Assembly (NCBI GenBank): GCA_001770205.1 | Contig: MEQL01000044.1 | Location: 62,001 to 94,357 of the forward strand | Direction: 5' to 3' | Length of the DNA stretch: 32,357 nucleotides | DNA from: Bdellovibrionales bacterium RIFOXYD12_FULL_39_22 | GTDB lineage: Bacteria; Bdellovibrionota; Bacteriovoracia; Bacteriovoracales; Bacteriovoracaceae | Part shown: positions 17,827 through 26,856 of the stretch, one piece after another | Numbering within the stretch: position 1 is the stretch's first letter | Layout of the letters: the number at the start of each line of letters is the position of its first letter | Notes under the pieces: model-generated | Seen by the model: the letters and a program-made list of their open reading frames with translations, nothing else | Told to the model about the DNA's origin: nothing | Database searches by the model: none | Program-made: the position numbers and the translations under genes

Positions 17827-19008
17827 ATGAGTGAATTTATTTTTTATGCTCTATCTGTGATGGATATTGAAAAAAACTTATCGCAAACAGGCCATCACTC
17901 TCTGACAATTATCCTTCCACATGCACAACTAACTCCTCATTTGGCACTAGAAAATGATCAATTTGAGAAATTGGCCATCTTTGCTTGGGCACGCGGCCTT
18001 CGGGTTGCTGTTGATTTAGATTTAATACCCGATGATGATCAATTAGAAAAAATTATGCGAGTGGTGGCAGAAATTTTAACAAAGTGGCCAAAGACAATTT
18101 TTCGCGTAAAAAATTATGGATTGGCATCTTTATTAGTCTCTTACTATCCCAACATTTTGCTGCATTTGAATGTTGAGTTTGGCCATCACAACAAAGAATC
18201 CTTGTTAAAATTGGCACACATTTTTGAAAAAAATTTGCAAAGATTTATTTTATCAATAGAGTTGCCGCAAAATGATATCGCCGCCATAGTAGCTGCTTTG
18301 CCCTCTTCTTTGGAGATCGAGATCTTACTTCATGGGCCAATTTTTTTATTTTACTCTCCTCGTAAACTTTTGGGCCGGGATGAAAAAAACGAGGCCCGAT
18401 GGCCTTCGTCCCATCTTTTTGCCTTGGCAGATAGTGAGGAGAATGCGCATAAAAATTTTCGTGTTTATCAAAATAGTCATGGAACTATTTTATATCATCA
18501 CAAATATTTGTCGTTGTTAGAGGAATGGGAAAAATTAGCGCAATTGGGAGTAACCCACTTCCGATTGGATTGGAGAGAGATTAAAGACAGAAGCGCTTTA
18601 TATGATAGTTGGCAAAAAAAAGAATATCTGCAGGTGGCCACGCATACTCCCTTTAAAACCATACGCGGTTTTCATCAAAACAATAAGAGTGATTCTATTT
18701 TTGTAAAATTAAAAAATCAAAATCTTCGGCGACAAGGCCCGCAAGAGAATGGACGCACTTATCTCGGAACAGTTATGGATGTTCAGCGGGGTGGCCATCT
18801 GGCCATTTTAAATTTAAATAGCACTAACCAACTATGTGTAGGAGAACAAATTGTTATAACTACTCCAGAAGGAAAAGAGATTACAGTTAAAGTCGCTTCA
18901 CTTTTTAATTCCCGTTGGCAATCAATAGAGCGTTTAGCATATGAGGAAATTGGTTTCATCAATTATGTCAAAGGAGTGACTACCAAGTCCAAAGTTGAGA
19001 AGGTATAG
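17827..19008 (+). CDS. Peptidase U32 family paralog lacking cluster cysteines (YrrN-like)
   Basis: ILSIEL, EILLHGPIFLFYSPRKLL, NSHGTILY, GVTHFRLD; adjacent to the canonical U32 gene. Confidence 0.78.
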   Translation: MSEFIFYALSVMDIEKNLSQTGHHSLTIILPHAQLTPHLALENDQFEKLAIFAWARGLRVAVDLDLIPDDDQLEKIMRVVAEILTKWPKTIFRVKNYGLASLLVSYYPNILLHLNVEFGHHNKESLLKLAHIFEKNLQRFILSIELPQNDIAAIVAALPSSLEIEILLHGPIFLFYSPRKLLGRDEKNEARWPSSHLFALADSEENAHKNFRVYQNSHGTILYHHKYLSLLEEWEKLAQLGVTHFRLDWREIKDRSALYDSWQKKEYLQVATHTPFKTIRGFHQNNKSDSIFVKLKNQNLRRQGPQENGRTYLGTVMDVQRGGHLAILNLNSTNQLCVGEQIVITTPEGKEITVKVASLFNSRWQSIERLAYEEIGFINYVKGVTTKSKVEKV

Positions 19009-19077
19009 CGTATGGATAATGTTAGGCAGATTTTGCAACTAATTTGCTACCGAAGGATAGTGGGGTAGAATTTGGTT

Positions 19078-20286
19078 ATGAAAAATAGATTAATTTGTAG
19101 TTTGCTACTGTTTAGCTTACTGGCCGCGAGTCAAGTATATGCTTTTGCCGAAATTAGGTGGGAGAGTCCGGCAAAATTTAAAAAAAATGGTAATCTCTAT
19201 ACAATGGTGGCCATTGGCCAGACCAATGAATCAGTGGAAGTATCTGTTAGCGATAAAGTAAAAGTTGTCGCTAATGGACAAGCATCAAAAACTTCTTTTG
19301 TGGCACCAACGGAAGTGGTAAAAAATAGTTCTTACCCCATAAAAAGCACCAGCGCACACGCCTTTGCCCTAAAGTTTCTACTTAAAGATAATCATGCCTA
19401 TGTCTTAAAAGTTATTATTCAAAATAAAATGGGGAAGAGTAAGGAGTATGTGTTGCAGCTTAATGCAAAAAATGGGGCGGCCAACTACAAGGCCAAATTT
19501 TTACGTGATGGAGTAATTAGTAAAAAAAGTGGGCCGATGCCATCTAAAAATGTTGCACTCGATGATCCAAAACTAAAAACGACATACGTTGCAGGAGTAC
19601 ATGGAGGCCTTAATTTTCACAGTTATGGCATGCCGGTGACAGACATTGATTCGGAGGTCTATTATAGCTCCTTTGGTTTTCCGACCTATGGCGCCACTTT
19701 GGAGATTATGCCCAAATCGTTTTATTCTCACCGTTATGAGTTATTGCTGGCCCCGGGGAGTTTGGATGGCATTGAAGATGTCGAAATTAGTGGTTCTAAT
19801 CCCTATTCCTTGATGAAAATAGGAGGAGATTTTATTTGGCATCCAGAGTTTTTGCAAGATTTTCGACTGGCATTTGACCGTTTAGATTTAGTGTTATCGG
19901 TGGGTGTTGATTATTGGTCATTGCCTTTTATTACGCCTTATCTGCGCAAAACATTGTTATCTGAAAGTTTGGCATCTATTTTTATATCCACAGGGGTTGG
20001 TTTTTATTATTACATTGGAAAAGAGTATATTTTAGATGGTATGTTGCGCTACCTAATGCGAGTTTCTGGTGGGTTTGGTGTGGCCTCATCAAAAACCTTG
20101 GCCGGTGATGGAGATTTGGGCCTGCGCTATATCATTAATCCTACCTGGTCTTTAGGCCTTTATGGGACAATGGTTTTTTTACAAGAGAGTGTGGATTTTA
20201 ACTCCCAACTTGCTGCTGATCCGGTGAATGGTTCTCTTTTGTTTTATTCGACTACACTTTCTTTAAAATTACTGATGACTTTTTAA
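19078..20286 (+). CDS. Putative outer-membrane protein: N-terminal beta-sandwich plus C-terminal beta-barrel (paralog of 9069..10283)
   Basis: Signal peptide ending VYA or AFA; amphipathic strands; ends LKLLMTF. ATG 19078 preferred to TTG 19072. Confidence 0.65.
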   Translation: MKNRLICSLLLFSLLAASQVYAFAEIRWESPAKFKKNGNLYTMVAIGQTNESVEVSVSDKVKVVANGQASKTSFVAPTEVVKNSSYPIKSTSAHAFALKFLLKDNHAYVLKVIIQNKMGKSKEYVLQLNAKNGAANYKAKFLRDGVISKKSGPMPSKNVALDDPKLKTTYVAGVHGGLNFHSYGMPVTDIDSEVYYSSFGFPTYGATLEIMPKSFYSHRYELLLAPGSLDGIEDVEISGSNPYSLMKIGGDFIWHPEFLQDFRLAFDRLDLVLSVGVDYWSLPFITPYLRKTLLSESLASIFISTGVGFYYYIGKEYILDGMLRYLMRVSGGFGVASSKTLAGDGDLGLRYIINPTWSLGLYGTMVFLQESVDFNSQLAADPVNGSLLFYSTTLSLKLLMTF

Positions 20287-20307
20287 TCCAAAAAAAAGGA
20301 GAGAGGG

Positions 20308-21627
20308 ATGCGTTTTACACTTACCATCGCGACAATACTTTTTTTTATAGCAACTTCTTCGGGAAGGGCCGCACTGTCTACTTCTAATACTTTTTCCTCT
20401 AAATGGTCAGTTCTTGGAGGAGTGGGAGAGGTAAATGATGCGGATGCGCTCTATTTGAATCCGGCGAGACTAGGGGAAGGGGCCAAATCGGAAATGGCCG
20501 CACATTTTGCTGCTAAGTTCATAAACAGTAGTGGGCCGCTTATTACTAATAACAATTATGAGGGAGAGAGTGTGACTACCACTGATCTGGCGTTGTTGTG
20601 GAAAATGAAATTAGGCAATCGCTGGGGAATTGGCCTGGGACATTATCCGGTGGCCATTTGGGAGAGCTCTTATCCTCAAGTTGATATGAGTGTGGTGGAA
20701 ACTTCCATCTATCCATGGAAGGCCTATCAACCATCTTTACACTCTTATTTCGATATTGATGAACTTGCATTGGGTGCGAGCTATCGTTATTCGGGAAACA
20801 TTTTGCTGGGAGTAGCTTTTCGTGCAACTATAGCGGAAGCAGATTATTCTTACCTTGAATATGATCAACCGACTGATCCCAATAATATGGTGGCCGTGAG
20901 TTTAAAAGAGATGAGCGGTAGTAATTGGGGGGGATTTTCTTTGGGTGCAAGCTATCGGCCGGATAGTATGCGTTGGGGCGCAGGAATGCTTATTCGCACT
21001 CCCATTCAATTAACATTACAAGGCCTATCTTCTGCAGTAGAACAAAGTGCGCTAGTGGAAACAAATGCACAATGGGAGTATGGGCCGCAAAATGCCACTA
21101 TGAAAATGGAGCTTCCACTTTCTATTTCGTTGGGAGGACAATACTACCTCGCAGGCGGACGCGAAATTATTTTTGGTACATATAATTTTATTAATTATGC
21201 CCAGGCCTCTAAATTTTCTTTGGAGGGAGAATCATTATTGGTGTTTGGTAGCACACGGGAAGTAATAAAAGGCCAGGAAGTGCTACTACATTGGAATGAT
21301 TTTCATCAAATAAAACTAGGGTATCAAATCGAAAAAGAAGGTTATGAGTTGATGGGCGGATACGCCATCACCTGGCCGGTGGCCACCGACGATGGAGGCA
21401 ATTCGCAGATGGCCGCCCCTGGATTTGAACATGCGCTCTCTGGTGGGGCAAGCTTTCCGTGGAGTAGTGGCGCTGGAAGTTTGGAGTTATCTACAGAGTA
21501 TAGTTGGATTGAGGGACAAAATAAGAAGACACCTTCGGCAGCAGAAAATTTTCAACGCACTATGCTTGAGGGCGATTTTTCTACGGAAGTAATTGCCTTT
21601 TATTTGGGAGCAAGATGGCGCTGGTAG
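20308..21627 (+). CDS. FadL/OmpP1/TodX-family outer-membrane transporter
   Basis: NDADALYLNPARL hatch motif; GIGL..YP, ELPLSISLGG and WND..QIKLG strand patterns; aromatic C-terminus; AAGGAG RBS. Confidence 0.8.
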   Translation: MRFTLTIATILFFIATSSGRAALSTSNTFSSKWSVLGGVGEVNDADALYLNPARLGEGAKSEMAAHFAAKFINSSGPLITNNNYEGESVTTTDLALLWKMKLGNRWGIGLGHYPVAIWESSYPQVDMSVVETSIYPWKAYQPSLHSYFDIDELALGASYRYSGNILLGVAFRATIAEADYSYLEYDQPTDPNNMVAVSLKEMSGSNWGGFSLGASYRPDSMRWGAGMLIRTPIQLTLQGLSSAVEQSALVETNAQWEYGPQNATMKMELPLSISLGGQYYLAGGREIIFGTYNFINYAQASKFSLEGESLLVFGSTREVIKGQEVLLHWNDFHQIKLGYQIEKEGYELMGGYAITWPVATDDGGNSQMAAPGFEHALSGGASFPWSSGAGSLELSTEYSWIEGQNKKTPSAAENFQRTMLEGDFSTEVIAFYLGARWRW

Positions 21628-21633
21628 TCTAAT

Positions 21634-22338
21634 CTAAATACTAATTCCTAGTGCAAAAATAATATCGGTGTAATCAAGCAGCAAACTTTTACTAGGATTG
21701 CGGACACTATCGACATTATAAAACATCTTAATTAAATCGATGTTAAGATTTACCATTTCAGTTACATAAAAACGCAACTCTCCCTTGAAAAGATAACCAA
21801 TTTTATTTTCGGGAGTGTAAGTATTATTTTTATCTTGAGCATTAAAGGAGATCATATTAGTTTCTCCTTCCATCTGCGTGACTCCTAGTCCAAAGCTCAA
21901 ATCATAATAAAAGATCTGATTAAAAGTGTTAATTTTTCCATAAAATGGGGCAAAAATCAGTGCGCCCCCGTAGTAACCTTTTAGTCGCCGAACAAAGGGG
22001 ACGGCCGCAATATTGGTACTGATATTTTCCATGGTCTGACTATCTTTGTTGCTGACAGTAGAATAAAGCAGTTCAATACCCCATTCTTCCGCCCAGTAGA
22101 ATCCTGTTTTTCCTTGTAGCGTTTTTGCATCCTGAAAATCAACATCAGTACTAAAGCCATAACCCACGTTTAGATACCAAGTAAATTTTTTTTCAAAAGC
22201 TTTATTTTGTAAAACATAGACCACCTTATCAGGATCAAGCCATTCAAAATTGTAGGTATCATTTTCCCCAGAGCTGGCAGATCTTGGTGAGATACATAAG
22301 AAAATTAGTAAACACAGTGCTACAATACTAAATTTCAT
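21634..22338 (-). CDS. Outer-membrane beta-barrel domain protein (TIGR04565, GltA/GltH-like)
   Basis: VYVLQNK-x-F-x-K, WGIE and FAPFYGKIN...YYD motifs; ATGA overlap with the upstream REC gene. Confidence 0.8.
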   Translation of the reverse strand: MKFSIVALCLLIFLCISPRSASSGENDTYNFEWLDPDKVVYVLQNKAFEKKFTWYLNVGYGFSTDVDFQDAKTLQGKTGFYWAEEWGIELLYSTVSNKDSQTMENISTNIAAVPFVRRLKGYYGGALIFAPFYGKINTFNQIFYYDLSFGLGVTQMEGETNMISFNAQDKNNTYTPENKIGYLFKGELRFYVTEMVNLNIDLIKMFYNVDSVRNPSKSLLLDYTDIIFALGISI

Positions 22339-22766
22339 AGTTCACTATCCTTATTGGGAGTGGAAATGCCTAAAATATCGCAGGCCGCTGCAATTAGTTT
22401 TTGATTGGTGAATGGTTTTACTAAAATGTGCTTTATACCATAACGGGTCGCACTGATGACATCTTCTGCTTTCAAAACACCCGAGATTAAGATAATTCTG
22501 GTTTTTTGATAATTAGCGTTACGAGAGTAGTTGTTGATATAATCAACAAGATCAAGTCCTCCGCGTTTGGGTAAAATATTATCAATGATTATTAGGTCAA
22601 ATTTTTGATTACTCAACTTTTGCTTGGCCACTATCACGTCATTGGCAGTGACGACGTTTTCAAATAGTCCTGAAAAGGTAAGAAAAATTTTAACCATATC
22701 ACAGATTTGTTGCTCATCATCAACAACTAGGGCACTAAATTTGTTTTCTAAGCGTAAAAATTTCAC
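22335..22766 (-). CDS. Single-domain response regulator (CheY-like)
   Basis: LVVDDE, LIIIDNILP, LISG, LVKPF. Confidence 0.9.
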   Translation of the reverse strand: MKFLRLENKFSALVVDDEQQICDMVKIFLTFSGLFENVVTANDVIVAKQKLSNQKFDLIIIDNILPKRGGLDLVDYINNYSRNANYQKTRIILISGVLKAEDVISATRYGIKHILVKPFTNQKLIAAACDILGISTPNKDSEL

Positions 22767-22768
22767 AA

Positions 22769-24352
22769 CTATTTCTTCTTTGCCTCTTTAAATACTCCGT
22801 CAATAATTGTCGTAACATCTTCTTTGCTGAATGGTTTTAAAATTAATCCTGCGATATTATATTTTTGACGATCCTCTTGAAAGTGATTCAGAAACTGAGA
22901 GGAAGTTAGATAGATTAAAGGAATTGAGTTGCTTTTTTTTCGGACATTTTTTGCAAAGTCATGGCCGTTCATGCGCGGCATGTTGTAATCGGTAATAATT
23001 AGATCCATTTCTAACTTATCCATCATCTCTAAGGCCTCAGAAGGATCAGTTGAGCCAATCATCGTGTGGCCGACTTCCTCCAAAAAGGTACTAAGGATGT
23101 TTAAAATCTTCTCTTCATCATCCACGACTAAGATTTTTTTTCTACTAGCATCGTTAGAGGCATTCAGCGCATTGACTGAGGCAACATAACTGCTCACTTC
23201 GATTAAGGGAAGTTGTACGGTAAAAATAGATCCTTCATTACTGGATTTGGTAAGTTGTAGTTTTCCATGATGGCCTTCAACAATTTTACTGCTGACGGAT
23301 AGTCCCAGGCCCGTGCCTTCAGAGATTTCTTTCGTAGTAAAAAAAGGAGAAAAAATTTCACCCTGAATTTTTTCAGGAATTCCTGGCCCATTGTCGATAA
23401 CTAAAATCTCTAGACATTCATCTTGTTTGTTTTTCTTGAGTTTAATTTCTACAATTCCGTGAATGTGAGCTGCTGAGATTGTACTTTGTTCCCGGAGAGC
23501 ATCTAGAGCATTTTTTAGCAAATTAACTATAACCTGCTCCATTTCTATTCTATTAACCAGAGTGATAAATTTATCTACAGGGCGCTCAAATTTTAGGTCT
23601 ATACCGGCAGCACGGAAGGGGGTATCTACAAGCATCATGGATTTATCAATTATGGAGATTAAATCATGATATTGCTTTTTTTCCTCACTTTTATGAGCAA
23701 AGCTTTTCATATTCATGACAATGGTTTTTATTCTTTGCAGCGCCTCGGAAATATTCTTGTAAGCGTTATCGACAAGTTCTCTTTCTTGGATAGTTTCATT
23801 TTCTAACACGCGTTCTAAAATTTCGCCATGGCCCATGGCGATGGCCAAAGGATTATTGATTTCATGCGCAATACTGGCCGATAGTTCGCCAAGCGTTGCT
23901 AATTTATCGGCCTGGATAATTTGTCCATGGGCGCGTTTTAGTTCTTCTAATTTTTCGCGATATTTGCGGTGTAATCCTTTTTCTACACTTAAAACATTAA
24001 AGCATAAAATATAACGAGTAGTACTAAGAGGAATGACTTTCATTGAGGCGTGCACTTGACGATCAGGTGCCAAATTTTCTTCTGAGGCATCGGAGGCCAA
24101 TTTTATTTCCATCTCTTGACTGAGCGCCACTTGATTATTGGCCGAGGCCGTAGCAAGTAGTGTTTGTAAAATTTTTTCTTCAACGTTTATAATTTTAAAT
24201 ATAGTTTGCGCGTTTCGGATAATCCTCGGAGATGCTTTGGTGAAGGTGGAGAAAAAATGATTGTAGTAGATTATTTTAAACTTATCATCGATAATGACGA
24301 TGGGTTCAAAAAGGGCATCTAATAGTTGAAATGGTTGAGTATCCTCTTGCAT
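22769..24352 (-). CDS. Cytoplasmic hybrid sensor histidine kinase (PAS-like, HisKA, HATPase, REC)
   Basis: H box AHEINNPL; N box NLLKNA; DNGPG; PFFTTK; GTGLGL; C-terminal VVDDE...ITDYNMP...LKPF; no TM segment. Confidence 0.95.
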   Translation of the reverse strand: MQEDTQPFQLLDALFEPIVIIDDKFKIIYYNHFFSTFTKASPRIIRNAQTIFKIINVEEKILQTLLATASANNQVALSQEMEIKLASDASEENLAPDRQVHASMKVIPLSTTRYILCFNVLSVEKGLHRKYREKLEELKRAHGQIIQADKLATLGELSASIAHEINNPLAIAMGHGEILERVLENETIQERELVDNAYKNISEALQRIKTIVMNMKSFAHKSEEKKQYHDLISIIDKSMMLVDTPFRAAGIDLKFERPVDKFITLVNRIEMEQVIVNLLKNALDALREQSTISAAHIHGIVEIKLKKNKQDECLEILVIDNGPGIPEKIQGEIFSPFFTTKEISEGTGLGLSVSSKIVEGHHGKLQLTKSSNEGSIFTVQLPLIEVSSYVASVNALNASNDASRKKILVVDDEEKILNILSTFLEEVGHTMIGSTDPSEALEMMDKLEMDLIITDYNMPRMNGHDFAKNVRKKSNSIPLIYLTSSQFLNHFQEDRQKYNIAGLILKPFSKEDVTTIIDGVFKEAKKK

Positions 24353-24374
24353 ATAGATAATTCCTTATGTGGGC

Positions 24375-24848
24375 CTATTTTTTTGGTATGAAGGAAAAGT
24401 AATGCTCTTCAATGGCGTCAAATTCCATTTTACTGCTACACTTATCACATTTTATTGCAGGGGCCTTGCGGTTGTTGATGGACTTAACCTCTACTAAAAC
24501 TTGTTTTTCCAAATTGCATTTATCGCAGTAATAGGGTGTATAAAAAGTTTGAATTTGCGATTTGTCCGTAATGAATCCGTGTACAACGTTGATTTGCTCC
24601 ACCACAATTTGTCGACAGTTAAAATATTTTATTGTCGCTTGAGTTCCTATTTTCGTTATCAGAGAAATCCATTCTCGGATTCCGCAGGAGTTAATCATTG
24701 CAACTTGATCAAAATTAAAATGATATTCGGGCATTTTGAGAGCAATGATCTTTTCAAAATCCGCATCCTCGTTGATATTGCCGATAAAATCGACTTTACA
24801 AACATTACCAACCACCTGAGTATTTATGACTAATTTTTCGCTGGACAC
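24375..24848 (-). CDS. STAS (anti-anti-sigma-like) domain protein with C-terminal zinc ribbon
   Basis: FIGNINE; INSCGIREW (STAS D/N-S-x-G phosphoserine position); CDKC...CDKC; AAAGGAG RBS before GTG. Confidence 0.78.
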   Translation of the reverse strand: MSSEKLVINTQVVGNVCKVDFIGNINEDADFEKIIALKMPEYHFNFDQVAMINSCGIREWISLITKIGTQATIKYFNCRQIVVEQINVVHGFITDKSQIQTFYTPYYCDKCNLEKQVLVEVKSINNRKAPAIKCDKCSSKMEFDAIEEHYFSFIPKK

Positions 24849-24881
24849 AAAAAAACTCCTTTTAAAATAATCTTATAGGTC

Positions 24882-26762
24882 TTATGTGAACTTTGTCACA
24901 ATAAGAGTGATATCATCATCGAGCGGATGGGCCGCAAAAAAATCTTTGGCATCGCCGACCACATTATCGCGGAATTTATCACTTTCGAGGTTAATATTAT
25001 TTATAATAGATTTTAAAAAATTTCTATTTCCCCAAGGTTTTTCTTCCTTGTTGGTACACTCAACTATTCCATCAGTAAAAAAAACAATACTTTCGCCAGA
25101 GCAAAAAGATATCGTGCAGTCGTTGTAAGAGGCATCTTTTCTCTCTCCTAAACGAGGGCCGTTGGAATCCATCAAGGGATGGAGATTTTGTTTGGAAATT
25201 TCTTCGCCGGATTGGCCAGGAATAAAATGCAGTGGGTGATTATGAGAAGCGTTGGCATAGATAAGTTCATTTTTTTTGGTATCTATGACGGCAATAAAAA
25301 AAGTCATCAATATTTGACTGCCAATATCGCATACTGCTTTATTCACGATGCGCATCATTTTTGCCGGAGAATTTAAAAGAGAAGGGTCTGATTGGGCCAT
25401 AATTTCTAAGTTTGAGGCAGAGCAATTGGCGGTAGCGGTGAGAAGAGCGGCCGGAACGCCATGGCCGGTGGCATCGGCAATCATTAAAACCGTTTTTCCA
25501 TTAATTTGTAAGTGTCCCCACCAATCTCCTCCACATTCAGTGGCCGGTTCATAGAAGGCGGCAATTTCTAGTTTGCCAAATTTAAGATTATTTGCGGGAA
25601 AAAAAGATTCTTGTACCAGTTTTGCCACTTTAAGTTCATTCTCTAAGCGGATTTTTTCTCCCATCTGGCCCATATAACGAACAATTTCATCGGCCATGTA
25701 GTTGAAAGAATCAGAAAGGGCACCAATCTCATCATGGGAGTGAAGTTCAACGCGGTTTTTAAAATCACTTTGCGCTAGCGTTGATGTCGCGGAAAATAGT
25801 TTCTCAATGGAAGAGGTGATAGTGCGCGAAAAGATTATTCCGATGATGATGGCAATGGAGATAAGGAAAATTCCAAAGTAGAGCGATTTATTCATAAGGG
25901 TGGTAGCGGCCAAAAATGCCCGATCCTTGGAAATTTCGGCAAAGACAAAAAGATCTTCTCCGCTAATTTGATTATGAGCAACTAAAAAAGTTGTTCCGTT
26001 TTCATCCACATAATTGCTAACACCATCTTTTCTATCCACAGAATCAACCAGTGAATTGTAAAAAAGTGCCTTGGCCTGTGGAATTTCTGCCGAGAGATTC
26101 TTTTTTAAAAAAAGACGGCCACTTTTGTCAATTATTAATATCTCGTAAATTTTATTATTAGCTATAAGATCGGCCAAATCATCCATTTTTACGCGAGCTA
26201 CGTAGATCTCGTTTTTTTCTGCGTCAAAGGTGGCCAAAACTAAATGGGGAAATTGAGACGCTGGGTTGTATCCTTCAACATAACGTCGTTTTTTTTCAAT
26301 CATTAAAAATGGAATGGGATTTATTTGGGAATACTTGATAAAGTAATCAACGGGTAGTCCTTGGCCGCTAAGCGAAATTTCATCACTGACAGCAAAAATA
26401 AGTTTAAATTCACCGTCTACCTCGGTTCGCTTATAGATGGAAAATTCGATAAAATTTTTATTGGCCTCAAAAATTGATTTGGCCATTTTTTCTTGTTCAG
26501 GGGTATTGGCGTAGATGCGTCCTAAATAATCAGTAATTTGCAGCGCGTGATCTAAAAAAGAAGCGACCTGTTTGGCGATGGCCTCCGAAGTGTTAAGCCC
26601 TGTTTCATAGATGTAGGCAGATTTATCTTCGCGAAAAAGTTTAAGTGCGAAATAGGCGTAGTAAGATAGAGACGAAGCGACCAGAAGTATAACTACCGCA
26701 ATAAGTTTTAACTTAATAGGAATGCGAACTTTTCTTATTTTAGCAATAGTATTATTTTCCAT
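24882..26762 (-). CDS. Membrane sensor PP2C/SpoIIE (RsbU-like) Ser/Thr phosphatase with periplasmic Cache-like domain and HAMP
   Basis: Two TM segments; HAMP DEIGALSDSFNYM; CGGDWW, IADATGHGVPAAL, FTDGIVE, DDDITL. Confidence 0.93.
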   Translation of the reverse strand: MENNTIAKIRKVRIPIKLKLIAVVILLVASSLSYYAYFALKLFREDKSAYIYETGLNTSEAIAKQVASFLDHALQITDYLGRIYANTPEQEKMAKSIFEANKNFIEFSIYKRTEVDGEFKLIFAVSDEISLSGQGLPVDYFIKYSQINPIPFLMIEKKRRYVEGYNPASQFPHLVLATFDAEKNEIYVARVKMDDLADLIANNKIYEILIIDKSGRLFLKKNLSAEIPQAKALFYNSLVDSVDRKDGVSNYVDENGTTFLVAHNQISGEDLFVFAEISKDRAFLAATTLMNKSLYFGIFLISIAIIIGIIFSRTITSSIEKLFSATSTLAQSDFKNRVELHSHDEIGALSDSFNYMADEIVRYMGQMGEKIRLENELKVAKLVQESFFPANNLKFGKLEIAAFYEPATECGGDWWGHLQINGKTVLMIADATGHGVPAALLTATANCSASNLEIMAQSDPSLLNSPAKMMRIVNKAVCDIGSQILMTFFIAVIDTKKNELIYANASHNHPLHFIPGQSGEEISKQNLHPLMDSNGPRLGERKDASYNDCTISFCSGESIVFFTDGIVECTNKEEKPWGNRNFLKSIINNINLESDKFRDNVVGDAKDFFAAHPLDDDITLIVTKFT

Positions 26763-26856
26763 GTAGAATCTTCTTTGATTATTATGACAAATTGAGAGAA
26801 AATTACAATATAATAATTTAGGTTATATTGCGCGAGGGTTAGAGGATTTTTTTTTA

